A stretch of 59,273 nucleotides of DNA, taken from the IMG/VR virus record IMGVR_UViG_3300048610_000026, positions 1 through 59,273 of that record. The stretch is one strand, 5' to 3'. This document shows positions 1-10,110 of this stretch, piece after piece. The position numbers and the translations under genes were made by a program. The stretch comes from a virus. Lineage: Duplodnaviria; Caudoviricetes. The notes beneath the pieces are model-generated. The model worked only from the letters and a program-made list of their open reading frames with translations. It was not told the DNA's origin and did not search any database. Positions within the stretch are counted from its first letter, which is position 1; every line of letters begins with the position of its first letter.

Positions 1-14
1 AGAGGAACCGAACC

Positions 15-260
15 ATGAGCACGACCACGATCGACGTCACCGTCGAGGGGATCACTCGACTGACCAACACCAGGAACCGCAACCCGCGCTGGCGGCTCAC
101 CGTGAGCAACGGCCCGGAGACCGCAGGCACTGCCGTCTACACCACCGAGCCCGACGCCATGTGCGCCTACAAGGTCTGTGACCCGATGGTCGGCAAGCGG
201 GTCACCCTGACACTGGACGCCAAGAACCAGATTCAGTTCATCGACTGGGAGATCGTGTGA
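15..260 (+). CDS. hypothetical phage protein
   Basis: ORF with AGAGGA RBS at 1-6 and GC3-rich codons. Confidence 0.7.
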   Translation: MSTTTIDVTVEGITRLTNTRNRNPRWRLTVSNGPETAGTAVYTTEPDAMCAYKVCDPMVGKRVTLTLDAKNQIQFIDWEIV

Positions 261-550
261 TGTGGCCCTTCAGTTGGTTCATGAAGGAGGACAGCCCGCC
301 TCCGCGCGGCAAGACCTCCTGGTGGCCGTTGATCGCGTTCGTGGCCGTGCTGGCTTTCTTCGGGGCCAAGGCCAGCCAGAGCGACGACCCTCCCCCGCCC
401 ACCCCCGTCCCGCACAGCACCATCTCGCCCGAGGACGTGGAGCCCCTGCCATGAGCGACGGAGCCATCATCGGGATCATCCTCTGGCTCTCGCTCGCCGC
501 CATCGCGATCCTCGTCGCGATGCACACCCCCGACCGAAAGGACTAAGAAC

Positions 551-829
551 ATGAAGGTGATCCGCGCCATGAGCGTCACCTACAACTCCGAGGCCGAGTG
601 TCTGACGTGGGACTGCGGCTTCGTCACACTGCCCAGCCGCGAGACCCGCAACCGGGTCAAGTCCCACATCAGAGCGACCGGCCACGAGGTCCGCGTCACC
701 ACCAAGACCGTGGACCTGTACCGACCCGACAACACCTACACCATCCCCGGATGCGACTGCGCTGGGTTCTTGCCCGGCCAGGCGGACAACTGCCCGGTCC
801 ACGGAGTCAACGCACCGAGTCACGACTGA
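551..829 (+). CDS. hypothetical protein with Cys/His motifs
   Basis: ORF with CxxxC..H..H and CDC..CPVH motifs; codon bias. Confidence 0.6.
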   Translation: MKVIRAMSVTYNSEAECLTWDCGFVTLPSRETRNRVKSHIRATGHEVRVTTKTVDLYRPDNTYTIPGCDCAGFLPGQADNCPVHGVNAPSHD

Positions 830-842
830 CCCAACCAACCCG

Positions 843-856
843 GGATAGATCTATCC
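843..856. repeat. 14-bp palindrome GGATAGATCTATCC, copy 1 of 10
   Basis: Exact motif, intergenic, upstream of the 884 RBS. Confidence 0.95.
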
Positions 857-883
857 CACCCATCTGAGAGGAACCACACCATC

Positions 884-2065
884 ATGACCACCTTCACCCG
901 CGCCGACGAGACCGTCGACACCGTGACCACCACCGCCCGCAACGCCGACCTTGCTTCGGTCGTCAGCCTGCTGCAGGACCGAGAGGCCCGCCGCCTCGAC
1001 ATCGTGGCCCCGGCCACCTCCCTGGTCGCTCACAACGGCGAGATCATCGTCAAGGGAGTCGAGCCGGTGCTCTCCGACGCAGGCGTCACCCAGGTCGACG
1101 GGCGCTTCGCCCCGACCGTGACCGGCCTGGAAGGCATCGCGGACAAGACCGGTATCCCGGTCCGCTACCTGAAGACGATGCACACCGAGCGCCCTGCCCT
1201 GTGGGCTGCGAACATCAACCACTGGCTCCAGGGAGGCTTTGACCGGGGCCACGTCACCCACACTCCCGACGAGCGCTCGTTCATGGTCCGGATGCTGAAG
1301 CCGGGCGACCCCGACCAGCCGGGCGTGCTCCGAGCCCTGCTCTCCTCCTCGTACAAGCCCGTCAACGACCTGGACATCCTCCTGGCCACCCTGGACGGCA
1401 TCCGTGAGGCCGGGCTGGCGGTCGAGATCGAGTCCGCTGACCTGAGCGAGCGACGTATGCAGGTCCGGCTGATCGCTCCGGAGATCACCACGACCGGCCG
1501 TGCCCTGCTGAAGGGTTACCGCTCGCCGTTCTCCGGGCAGTCGGCCGAGGACCTGCCCGTCATCTCGGCGGGTCTGCTCCTGAGCAACTCCGAGACCGGC
1601 AACGGGGCCATGACGATTCAGCCCCGCGTTCGGTTCGAGATCTGCAAGAACGGGGCGGTCATCGACCCGCTGAGTGCGATCCGGAACGTGCACCTCGGCC
1701 GCAAGATGGATGACGGCGTCATCCGCTGGTCGGACTCCACCCAGCAGAGGAACCTGGACCTGGTGCGCAGCCAGACCGTGGACGCCGTGCGTACGTTCCT
1801 CTCCCCGGAGTACCTGACCGAGACCGTCACCCGGCTGGAGCGCAAGGCAGGCGAGGAGGTCGAGTCCATCGACGCGGTGCGCGACATCACGAAGAAGGCA
1901 GGCTTCTCCAAGACGCAGACCGACTCGATCCTGTCCCACTTCGTGGCGGGTGGCCAGTTGTCACGGGCCGGGGTGTTCAACGCCGCGACCAGCGCCGCAC
2001 AGACCGTGGCCGACGCCGACGAGGCTACCGAGATGGAGACGCTCGCGGTCAAGGTACTCGCATAA
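884..2065 (+). CDS. DUF932-like protein
   Basis: 393 aa with LRALLSSSYK, LSNSETGNG and RFEICKNG motifs typical of the DUF932 family; strong RBS. Confidence 0.65.
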   Translation: MTTFTRADETVDTVTTTARNADLASVVSLLQDREARRLDIVAPATSLVAHNGEIIVKGVEPVLSDAGVTQVDGRFAPTVTGLEGIADKTGIPVRYLKTMHTERPALWAANINHWLQGGFDRGHVTHTPDERSFMVRMLKPGDPDQPGVLRALLSSSYKPVNDLDILLATLDGIREAGLAVEIESADLSERRMQVRLIAPEITTTGRALLKGYRSPFSGQSAEDLPVISAGLLLSNSETGNGAMTIQPRVRFEICKNGAVIDPLSAIRNVHLGRKMDDGVIRWSDSTQQRNLDLVRSQTVDAVRTFLSPEYLTETVTRLERKAGEEVESIDAVRDITKKAGFSKTQTDSILSHFVAGGQLSRAGVFNAATSAAQTVADADEATEMETLAVKVLA

Positions 2066-2077
2066 TCCATACACCCC

Positions 2078-2113
2078 GAGGACACCCCGGATAGATCTAT
2101 CCGGGGTGTCCTC
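2078..2113. repeat. 36-bp perfect palindrome centred on GGATAGATCTATCC
   Basis: GAGGACACCCCGGATAGA|TCTATCCGGGGTGTCCTC, intergenic. Confidence 0.95.
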
Positions 2114-2132
2114 ACCACCGAGAGGAACCACC

Positions 2133-2735
2133 ATGAGCAAGTTCAAGCCAGACGACGTCGTCGTCTGCGTAAACGACGCACTCGAAGGCAACGTCCAGAT
2201 GGGCGGCCTGACCAAAGGTAAGACCTACACCGTGCGGGGCACCAGCATGTCAGGCACCGTCAACCTGCAGGAGATCGCGGAGGTGTACTGGTACCGCGAA
2301 GAGCGATTCGAGGCAGCGGTCCCCGCCACCAAGGACGAGCAGACGATCGCCACGATGCGGAAGGAGATCAACGACCTAAAGCACGAGAACTCCCAGCAGA
2401 AGGCGACCATCGCCTCGGCAAGGAACCTGGAGGATGCACTGGTCGCCCGCCTGCACCGGTTCGCCGAGCAACAGGAGGACGCGGGCAGCGACGACGTCGC
2501 CGACGAGATCGACGACATCCTCGACTCCTTCGACCTGCCGACCCGCAAGAAGACCTACGAGATGGTCTTCACCGTGCCGGTCCAGGTGCGGGTCTCCGAC
2601 ATCAAGGCCACGGGACCCAACAAGGTCCGCGAGATGTGGGAGGCGGGCGAGATCAACTGGAACGTCGCCGACTACGAGGATCAGAGCGACGACGACATCA
2701 AGGTCATCGAGATCGCGGAGGTGGACCACCAGTGA
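2133..2735 (+). CDS. hypothetical protein with a central coiled coil
   Basis: ATG after GAGAGGAACCACC; codon bias. Confidence 0.7.
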   Translation: MSKFKPDDVVVCVNDALEGNVQMGGLTKGKTYTVRGTSMSGTVNLQEIAEVYWYREERFEAAVPATKDEQTIATMRKEINDLKHENSQQKATIASARNLEDALVARLHRFAEQQEDAGSDDVADEIDDILDSFDLPTRKKTYEMVFTVPVQVRVSDIKATGPNKVREMWEAGEINWNVADYEDQSDDDIKVIEIAEVDHQ

Positions 2736-2943
2736 GCGCCAACGAGACGAACACCGTGGCGATCGACGGCGGGAGCGCTGAGTACGACCTGGAGGCGGCT
2801 GCCGTCCCGATCACGGACCTGATCCAGACCCTGCTGGATGCCGAGGGGGAAGGTGCCGAGTACGTCGTCATCCTCTCGGGCAACTACCGGGGTGCGAAGT
2901 GGCTCAACCTGAGCGCCGAGGTTGACTGGCTGGGGAACCTGCT

Positions 2944-3228
2944 ATGACCTGGGCCGCAGGCTGGAAGAGCGACGGGAGCGACCTGTTCGACGTCGTCCAC
3001 GAGGGGTACGCCGACCGCTTCAAGGCGTACGACTATCTCGCCGACACCATCGAGTATCTCCGCGAGGAGGACTGGAAGGAGTTCCCCGACGAGCCAGTCG
3101 AGGAGTGGTGGAAGGACGTCGAGCAGAGCCTGGAAAGCCTCAAGGGGCTGTGCCGGGAGTGGTCAGCCACCTCCGGCGGCAAGCACCCCGTCACCCTGTG
3201 GGCCGAGGAGCGGAGGCACGGCTCATGA
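2944..3228 (+). CDS. hypothetical protein
   Basis: ORF overlapping its neighbours by ATGA junctions. Confidence 0.6.
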   Translation: MTWAAGWKSDGSDLFDVVHEGYADRFKAYDYLADTIEYLREEDWKEFPDEPVEEWWKDVEQSLESLKGLCREWSATSGGKHPVTLWAEERRHGS

Positions 3229-3710
3229 AGACCAACCTCATGCTCCTCGTCGGCGCGACCCTGGCCGCCGTGACTCTGATCGTGGTCTCCATGCTCGCCC
3301 TGCTGGAACCGAAGCCGACCTTCCCCACCCCTCCAGGCCAGACCTCCCCGGAGTGCACCGAGGAGGACCTGGCCGATGGGTCCTGCTACACCTACCAGGA
3401 CTTCCACGACTCTGAATGGAGCACCGACTGATGGCAGACCACCACCCCGCGTGTCCGGCACGGCACGACTCGACCAAGCAGTGCATCTGCGCTGGCCTGG
3501 GACGTCCGCCGAAGAAGCCGACGAGTCCCAAGAGCCCCAAGAGCCCCAAGAGCCCGGGAGGGAGACCCAAAAGGTGAAGTACCGCGACCTCGTGGTGGGG
3601 GAGTGGTACCTGCTGTCTCACCGACGGATCCCGGACCCGCTCTGACCCACCAAACCATCGAGCCCTGGCGGATAGCCGCCAGGGCTCACCCATCTGAAGG
3701 GAACCACATC

Positions 3711-4316
3711 ATGAGTAACCCCACCGATTGGCCCGCTTACCTACCAACGAAACGGACTCTCGTACGGAGAGTCCTGAGGTGGTTTGATGCCGCGTCTCCG
3801 GCAGATATCCAAGACGGAGCGCAGTGGTACCACGACGCCCACGCGCTGGCCTCCGACCTGGCCCCGGTACTGTCCCAGAACGGAGACGGCATCGTACGTG
3901 CCGCTGAAGTGATCGCCGCGCTGAGCCCGCGTACCATCTGGTCACGTAACGCGGCCGGTGCCGCGCTCCTCGTCCTTGGTGACGAGCCCCTGCCTGGCCT
4001 GCTGACCCGCAACGTATCGATGGCTCGCTCGGTCATCGCGGGCCACTCCCTGGAGGAACTGACCAAGGGCCCGAAGATCCAGGCGTTCGCGAGGAACATC
4101 GCGGGCGAGACCTGGACCGTGACCGTGGACGTGCACATGGCGTACGCGATGGGTATCGACGAGCGCACGCTGAGCCGCGCTGGTTGTTACGACGCAGCAG
4201 CCGAAGCGGTACGTGCTGCGGCGGTGGCACGAGGCGTGGAGCCTTCGACAATGCAAGCAACAACCTGGCTGGTGGCACGGCGCGCGAAGTTATCGGAGAA
4301 CCGCAAGCGCAGTTGA
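3711..4316 (+). CDS. conserved phage protein, DUF7178-like (possible DNA glycosylase-like fold)
   Basis: GAQWY, AALSPR..W..N, GPKI.AF..NI, VTVDVH and QATTW motifs. Confidence 0.55.
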   Translation: MSNPTDWPAYLPTKRTLVRRVLRWFDAASPADIQDGAQWYHDAHALASDLAPVLSQNGDGIVRAAEVIAALSPRTIWSRNAAGAALLVLGDEPLPGLLTRNVSMARSVIAGHSLEELTKGPKIQAFARNIAGETWTVTVDVHMAYAMGIDERTLSRAGCYDAAAEAVRAAAVARGVEPSTMQATTWLVARRAKLSENRKRS

Positions 4317-4349
4317 CGAAGCCGAGACTGGCTCAGTAACGTGTGACAA

Positions 4350-4832
4350 ATGTGCTGCATTGTCGAGGGTTGTACTCGCCCGCGAGACGCAAGAAGCCGA
4401 AGCCGCTATTGCGGTAGCCACAGAGGAAAGAAAGAACGCTGGGGAGACCCCCAGCACGTATCCGGGTACGGGGAAACCCAAACCTACGGTGCGGTTCACG
4501 CCCGGATCCGCCGTCAGTTGGGTCCTGCTAAAGACCAGACATGTGTCTGCGGAAAGCAGGCTCGGTACTGGTCCTATGTCGGCGGCGACCCGGACGAGAT
4601 GACCGAAGAGGGGTGGGGCGATGGCGAGTGGGCAGTGAGGTACTCCGCGAAGATGGAGTTCTACCGTCCCGCCTGCCCCTCCTGTGCCAAAAAGGACGAT
4701 CACCGTATTCGGCACTCCGGGACTTGCCCGGGATGCGGTGAAGAGTTCGAAGCAGTATCAACCAAGAAGATCTACTGCAGTCGAAAATGCAGTCGACGTC
4801 GACAGGGGATAGATCTATCCCGAAAACCCTGA
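4350..4832 (+). CDS. HNH-type/zinc-finger endonuclease-like protein
   Basis: YGAVH.RI...GPA...C.CG..A..WSY...Y.P.CPSC pattern of actinophage HNH-like proteins; atypical codon usage. Confidence 0.5.
   Translation: MCCIVEGCTRPRDARSRSRYCGSHRGKKERWGDPQHVSGYGETQTYGAVHARIRRQLGPAKDQTCVCGKQARYWSYVGGDPDEMTEEGWGDGEWAVRYSAKMEFYRPACPSCAKKDDHRIRHSGTCPGCGEEFEAVSTKKIYCSRKCSRRRQGIDLSRKP
4807..4820. repeat. GGATAGATCTATCC palindrome copy
   Basis: Exact motif upstream of the 4846 RBS. Confidence 0.95.
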
Positions 4833-4845
4833 AAGGAACCCCATC

Positions 4846-5214
4846 ATGGGAGACGCAGCAACCATCCGCTTCTGGACCAACAACGAGGATCCCCACCCGG
4901 TCGGCCTCTACCTGCACTGGGAAGGTGGCCAATACGCCGAGGCGCTGGCCTCCGCTCTGACGGCGGCCAAGGACCGCTGGGGCGACGAGGACTACGCCAA
5001 CCGCATGACGATCCAGTCGATCCTGGGGTTCGTCGGCATCGGGGCCAGTGGCCTCGGCGGCGGCCTGTTCGCGGGCACCGCCTCCCGGGGTGAGGACCAC
5101 CCGATCCTGAACGTCTCGTGGGAAGAGCAGGTCGTCTGGACCGACGAGTGGCGGCTGTCCTTCAACCAGTTCATCCGCAACGAGGGCCACGTCTGGGAGG
5201 TGCTGCAGGCGTGA
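4846..5214 (+). CDS. hypothetical protein
   Basis: GAAAGGAACC RBS; LYLHWEGG motif seen in many phage early proteins. Confidence 0.7.
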   Translation: MGDAATIRFWTNNEDPHPVGLYLHWEGGQYAEALASALTAAKDRWGDEDYANRMTIQSILGFVGIGASGLGGGLFAGTASRGEDHPILNVSWEEQVVWTDEWRLSFNQFIRNEGHVWEVLQA

Positions 5215-5260
5215 TCGAGATCGAAGACCCGCCCAAGCACATCGACTGTGACTGCGGGGA

Positions 5261-5698
5261 GTGCCTGCCGTGGACGTACTGAGCGAGCCTCCGAAGAAGC
5301 GGAGCCGGGGCACCAGCAACGGCAACTCCTCCGGCTCGGCCGAGGACCGGCGGCGTCGGAAGATGTGGCTGCTGGAGACGTACGCCGCCGATCAGGTGAT
5401 GGTCAAGATCGCGAGGCCTAACCGACGAGACCAGTGGGTTGCGCGCTTTCCAGCATATCTGGAGGAGTCAATCCAGGTGTGGGCTGAGATCTCACCTCTC
5501 GCTGTCCTCACCGTCCACCCCGCCTGCCGCTGCTACCGCTGCGGGAAGTTGCTCATCTTCGAGACCCTGACCGTGGACCGGATCATCCCGGGCTGCAGGG
5601 GCGGGACCTACCGCCGCAACAACATCCGCCCGGCCTGCGCGCCGTGCAACGAGAAGACTGGCGGGGCCACCCGCCGGAAGGGAAAGAAGCGTGACTGA
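5261..5698 (+). CDS. HNH endonuclease
   Basis: CYRCG...TVDRIIPG..GGTY.R.NIRPAC..CN. Confidence 0.75.
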   Translation: MPAVDVLSEPPKKRSRGTSNGNSSGSAEDRRRRKMWLLETYAADQVMVKIARPNRRDQWVARFPAYLEESIQVWAEISPLAVLTVHPACRCYRCGKLLIFETLTVDRIIPGCRGGTYRRNNIRPACAPCNEKTGGATRRKGKKRD

Positions 5699-5865
5699 CA
5701 AGGAAACCATCCGCGCGTGTGCCCAGCGCCGAGCACAGGAGTGCATCGACGACTGGGCGATCACGGGCTGGAACGAGTCCAACGAGATCTGGGGCACGGA
5801 CTTCACCGAAGAGGAGTTGCGCGAGATCCACGACCTCGCGGCCAAGGCGAAGGCGGTGCTCCCCG

Positions 5866-6561
5866 ATGAGTGACTGCAAGAAGTGCGACCACTCTGAGCA
5901 CGGGCGCGACGAGTGCGAAGGGGTCGTCGGTTACGACCACCTGAACGGCGACCACGCGTGCGCCTGCTCCGGCCCGGTCACCGCGATCAGCCTGATCCGG
6001 GAACTGGTTGACAGCATCGAGGAGTACCCCGAGTACGTCGACTCCGAACTGCTGGTCACCGACCAGTACGGCAAGGAGTACGTGCTGCAGGGCACCCAGA
6101 TCCAGGGCGATGTCTGGCTGATCGTCGACAACGACGCCACCGACGACATGGCCGCGCACGCCGATGCCGACCGCTTCGAGAAGCAGTTGGCCGACATCCG
6201 CAAGTTGTGCGAGGTGGAACTCGGCTTTGCTCCACCTCGCGCGTACACCTATGCGTGGGAGGGTGATGAAGAAGTGCAGCGCGGGGATTACCTCGTGGTT
6301 CCGCCGAACACCTACAACCCTGCCCCGGCCATCGGCCGCGTGCTGCGCACGATGCCGAACCCGGACTTCGCCGGGGACATCACCGTGCTCAAGCAGAAGG
6401 CCAGCACCGAGGTGATCAAGCGCCCAGTGCGGCAGTCGGACCGGTACATCGAGACCGCCGAACTGAACCGTAAGATCGACGAGATGCACGGGCCCGGAGC
6501 GGCAGCCGCGATCGACGCAGCCATCGCCGACGGGTCGATCTTCGGGGACGATGTCCTGTGA
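5866..6561 (+). CDS. hypothetical protein
   Basis: ORF with codon bias; start inferred. Confidence 0.6.
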   Translation: MSDCKKCDHSEHGRDECEGVVGYDHLNGDHACACSGPVTAISLIRELVDSIEEYPEYVDSELLVTDQYGKEYVLQGTQIQGDVWLIVDNDATDDMAAHADADRFEKQLADIRKLCEVELGFAPPRAYTYAWEGDEEVQRGDYLVVPPNTYNPAPAIGRVLRTMPNPDFAGDITVLKQKASTEVIKRPVRQSDRYIETAELNRKIDEMHGPGAAAAIDAAIADGSIFGDDVL

Positions 6562-6822
6562 GCCTCGCCGCCGCCGTGATCTTCGTCTTCGTCCTGGTCG
6601 TCTGGCTGTGGGACTGATGCCCCTCGACCCGCCGTTCTGGTCGTTCGATGTGCAGACGGCGGACCACGACGACCTCAAGGAGATCGGCTACGCCAAGGCG
6701 CGCTGGTCGCGGGTCACCATCGACCGCGAGCAGGTGCCGGACTGGCGCCACGCGTACGCCGACGCAGCCTGCATGGCAGTCGCCATCCACGGCGGGATGC
6801 CCACCCGGGTCCTGCCGAGGTA

Positions 6823-7125
6823 CTAGCGGTGCTTCACCCTGAGGATGAGTGAGCGATCGTCCTCGCGCCCTGCGGAAGTGGTGACGTGGCAGACGACCAT
6901 GTAGTTCTGGTCGTCTACGCCACCCTCCAGCCACACCACGCACTTCCCGTCAACGATCGACTCGGGGTGGACCAGGGACTTGGTCACGCCGCCCACGCCA
7001 CCGGTCGGCAGCGTCCACACCGCAGCGGTGATGGTCTCTCCGGCCTGGAGCCAGGGCGTGAAGTCGAAGCCGTAGTCGAGGACTGCCTCGGGGTCATGGA
7101 TGAAGGTAGGGATCGAGTGCGACAT
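6823..7125 (-). CDS. phage fibre-tail adaptor-like protein
   Basis: HDPEAVLDY.FDF..WL..GETI...VVWLEGG...Y...C.VTTS.GR.DDRS pattern. Confidence 0.7.
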   Translation of the reverse strand: MSHSIPTFIHDPEAVLDYGFDFTPWLQAGETITAAVWTLPTGGVGGVTKSLVHPESIVDGKCVVWLEGGVDDQNYMVVCHVTTSAGREDDRSLILRVKHR

Positions 7126-8570
7126 CAGAGGTCCTCTGCTGAGACGGGAACGATGCGGCGCTCTGCCTGCACCACGGGTACGCGGGACTCCCGGGCCACG
7201 GTCACCGTCCGGGCCGGGTCCAGCGGCGGGATGACCGGCCCGACCGGTGACGTAGTCCCGGTGGCGGCGAAGGTCGGCGGCCCAACCACAACCGTCGGCA
7301 GGTCGGCCACGAGGGTCCCGCTGAAGGCGGCCCCCGTCACCACGCCAGCAGCAGCGACAGACGGTGGCCCGACCGTGACCGTCGGCAGATCAGCCAGGAC
7401 CGACCCGGCGTACGTCGGTGCGGCCACCACGCCCGCAACGTTGACGGTCGGCGGACCGACCGTGACCTCGGGCAGGCTCGCGACCAGCACGCCCTCGCCC
7501 GGAAGCGTGAACGCCCCGCTCGCCGCCATAGTCGGCGGCCCCACCGTGAGGCTCGGAACGCTGGCGTTCAGGTCACCGCTGTAGGTGGGCGGTGCGATCA
7601 CCCCGGCTGCGGCCATGGTCGGAGGACCGACCGTGACCGGCGGGAGGTCAGCGACCAGCGTGCCGGTGAACAGCGGCGAGCCGGTAGTGCCGCTCGCGGC
7701 CATCGTCGGCGGCCCCACGGTCACGGTCGGTGTCGATGCGTCGAGGTCGCCCGTCCAGGTCGGAGCCGTTACCGTGCCGGAGATGGCTGCGGTCGGCGGC
7801 CCCACGGTCACGGTCGGAGTGCTCGCTGCGACGGATCCGCTGTAGCTGGGTACGCCGACTGTGCCGGAGATGGCTGCGGTCGGAGGACCCACGGTCAGCC
7901 CAGGGGTGGATGCCACCAGCGTGCCGGTGGTGACGACGCCCCCAGCCGGGCGCAGGGCCACGAGGATGGCACCCCACGGCGAGTTGCCGCCGTTGCCTGA
8001 GGCGATGGTGACGTCTCCGGTCGCACCCGTGGCGGCCTGAGCCCTGTCGCCCACCCAGTCGATGGGTCGGTCAGCGCGTTCGGTCCAGCCCGAGGGCGGC
8101 GTGATCGCGTTGCCGTCCCACGAGCCACGGATGGCCTGCAGGAAGGTGTCAGCGGTCACGGTCGAGATCGACAGCGCCAGGGCCGACCCAGTGGTGCCCT
8201 TGTTGGTCGAGGGGGTCACGTCGATCGGGGTCGTCGTGTCGACCTCGGTGTACCCGAAGGTCTGGCCATCGCTCGACGCGGAGGCGTGGGTGAATGCGAA
8301 CGACGTGGCGGGCGAGGACGCCGGGACCACGTAGCGATAGATGGAGAGTCGCACGGACCATCCGTCGATGCCGTCCCCGTAGGTCGTCGTCGCGACCAGG
8401 GTCACGGTCCCGGGCGCCGTGATCACCGGCGCCGTCGAGCCCGCATGACCGGCATTGACGTACATCAGGATGACGTCGTCGGTCGCGGTCCCCGCAGGAA
8501 CGTTGATGGTCGTGGTGGACCGCGTGCCGGTGGTGACAGCGGTCCCGGCCGCCCGGAACGCGATGACCAC
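7125..8570 (-). CDS. virion fibre protein with eight ~29-aa tandem repeats
   Basis: Thr/Ala/Gly-rich; N-terminal beta-rich domain; repeats of G.L.A..P.vTVGPPT.A.SG. Confidence 0.7.
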   Translation of the reverse strand: MVIAFRAAGTAVTTGTRSTTTINVPAGTATDDVILMYVNAGHAGSTAPVITAPGTVTLVATTTYGDGIDGWSVRLSIYRYVVPASSPATSFAFTHASASSDGQTFGYTEVDTTTPIDVTPSTNKGTTGSALALSISTVTADTFLQAIRGSWDGNAITPPSGWTERADRPIDWVGDRAQAATGATGDVTIASGNGGNSPWGAILVALRPAGGVVTTGTLVASTPGLTVGPPTAAISGTVGVPSYSGSVAASTPTVTVGPPTAAISGTVTAPTWTGDLDASTPTVTVGPPTMAASGTTGSPLFTGTLVADLPPVTVGPPTMAAAGVIAPPTYSGDLNASVPSLTVGPPTMAASGAFTLPGEGVLVASLPEVTVGPPTVNVAGVVAAPTYAGSVLADLPTVTVGPPSVAAAGVVTGAAFSGTLVADLPTVVVGPPTFAATGTTSPVGPVIPPLDPARTVTVARESRVPVVQAERRIVPVSAEDL

Positions 8571-8580
8571 GGGTCAGGCC

Positions 8581-9009
8581 CTAGGAGGTAGGTGCAGTGA
8601 CGGGGATGGTGATGACCGGAGCGCCGAGGTCGACCGAGCCGCCGGAGATGATGTCCACGTCGTTGAGCGACAGGTCGCCTGAGCCCGCGCCGACCGAGCC
8701 CTCCATGATGGCGGTGCCACCTGAGGTCTGGATCCGGAAGTACTCAGCGGTGCCGGTGTCAGACGCTGTGACGGCAGCGGGGTTGGACCCGGTGATCTGA
8801 CCAGCAGCCGGGGTGGCCGCCGTCCAGGAAGCGATGGTCACCGAGGCGAGCAGCGTGCCCGTCGCGGCGTTGCCGGGGCCGGGAGCGGCACCGGTGCGGA
8901 TCTGCAGCACGCTGTTGGCGCCGAGCGAGGTGACGAGAGCGTCATCCACGGCGGCGGTTGCGGCATCATCGAGTGCGGTTGCAACGGCAGTTGTGATGAC
9001 GATTGCCAT
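8581..9009 (-). CDS. virion structural (fibre-associated) protein
   Basis: LQIRTGAAP...ATGTLLA...GTAEYFRI...GSVG..SGDL.LN pattern of phage structural proteins. Confidence 0.65.
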   Translation of the reverse strand: MAIVITTAVATALDDAATAAVDDALVTSLGANSVLQIRTGAAPGPGNAATGTLLASVTIASWTAATPAAGQITGSNPAAVTASDTGTAEYFRIQTSGGTAIMEGSVGAGSGDLSLNDVDIISGGSVDLGAPVITIPVTAPTS

Positions 9010-9038
9010 GGTAGGTAACTCCTGAGTCTAGATGCCTC

Positions 9039-9071
9039 AGGGTAGATCAACTATCGAAGGAGAGCCCAACA
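9039..9071 (-). promoter_or_regulatory. putative late promoter TGTTGGGC-N19-TACCCT
   Basis: Same motif and spacing as upstream of the capsid, protease and major tail genes. Confidence 0.6.
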
Positions 9072-9224
9072 GTGGCCAAGAAGATCCCCCAGCCCAAGAA
9101 GCCCAAGAGTTACGGCAAGGAGTCCGGCACGTTCAGCAAGCCGCACCCTGTCCAGCCCGGTGCGTGCAAGCACTGCGGTGCGTACCCGCCCTGCACCCCC
9201 AAGTCCACCAAGTCCACCAAGTAG
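9072..9224 (+). CDS. small basic protein
   Basis: GAAGGAG RBS, GTG start, Lys-rich 50 aa. Confidence 0.55.
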   Translation: MAKKIPQPKKPKSYGKESGTFSKPHPVQPGACKHCGAYPPCTPKSTKSTK

Positions 9225-9235
9225 AGGAGAAGTAG

Positions 9236-9481
9236 ATGTTTGGCAAGAGCAAGCGCCCCGGGAAGTCCGACCCCGTGGTCGTCCAGGCGTACGGCAAGTC
9301 CGGCAAGAAGGAGATCGTCTCGCTGGACTCCCCGAGGGCAGCCCGCAAGTGGCTGAACTCGGTGGGCAAGAAGCACGGGAAGACCCCCGGCGTCACCGTC
9401 GAGGGCACCCCCAACGGCCTGACCGTGAAGGGTCCCGACGGCAAGCCGGTCACCCACTACAACATCGAGAAGGAGAAGTGA
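9236..9481 (+). CDS. small basic hypothetical protein
   Basis: GAGGAG RBS; codon bias. Confidence 0.65.
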   Translation: MFGKSKRPGKSDPVVVQAYGKSGKKEIVSLDSPRAARKWLNSVGKKHGKTPGVTVEGTPNGLTVKGPDGKPVTHYNIEKEK

Positions 9482-9819
9482 TGAAGGAAGAGAAGATGGC
9501 CGCCGCCGCGATCAAGCGCGCGAAACGGCAGAAGTCCAAGCGGAAGAAGCGTCTCCTCGCGAAGAAGGCATTCAACTTCGCGAAGCGGGCCGACCGCAAG
9601 CGTCAGACGGGAGGCTGAGCACGATGCTGGAGTTGCTCAAGTCGATCGGCGACTCGATCGCCGAGAACCTCAAGGCCAGCGCCTACGGCCTGCTGGAGGA
9701 GGCCTTCAAGGCGGGTCAGGAGTACCAGTCCTGGCGACAGGCCGGAGCCCCCGAGGGGTTGGAGGTTCCCGACTTCAAGCAGTGGGCCGCCGAGCGATTC
9801 AAGTAAGAGGAGGAGAAGC

Positions 9820-10110
9820 ATGAGTGTCAAGAACCTGTGGAACCACGCTGCCGCCAGCGAGGAGAGGCAGTTCGCCAGCATTTGGATGATCCCGCAGGAA
9901 GGGATCTGGTCGTTCACCGTGGCCGAGGTGGTCGAGCGGCTCAACGAGTGGCTCGGCTGCCTCGGCGCGGACTTCCGGTTCGAGCCGGACCCGCGCGTCA
10001 GCGAGGACCACTACGCGCTGATGAAGATGCGCGACCACACCCAGGCTCTCGCGGTCGCCGCACTGGGCCGGATGGTCGCGCAGACCCTGCTCGACGAGAG
10101 GAGCAAGTGA
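9820..10110 (+). CDS. hypothetical protein
   Basis: GGAGG RBS. Confidence 0.6.
   Translation: MSVKNLWNHAAASEERQFASIWMIPQEGIWSFTVAEVVERLNEWLGCLGADFRFEPDPRVSEDHYALMKMRDHTQALAVAALGRMVAQTLLDERSK

Noticed and set aside
7125-7930. Diversity-generating retroelement TR/VR pair
   Set aside because: The repeats are in-frame protein repeats without adenine-specific variation, and no reverse transcriptase is present.
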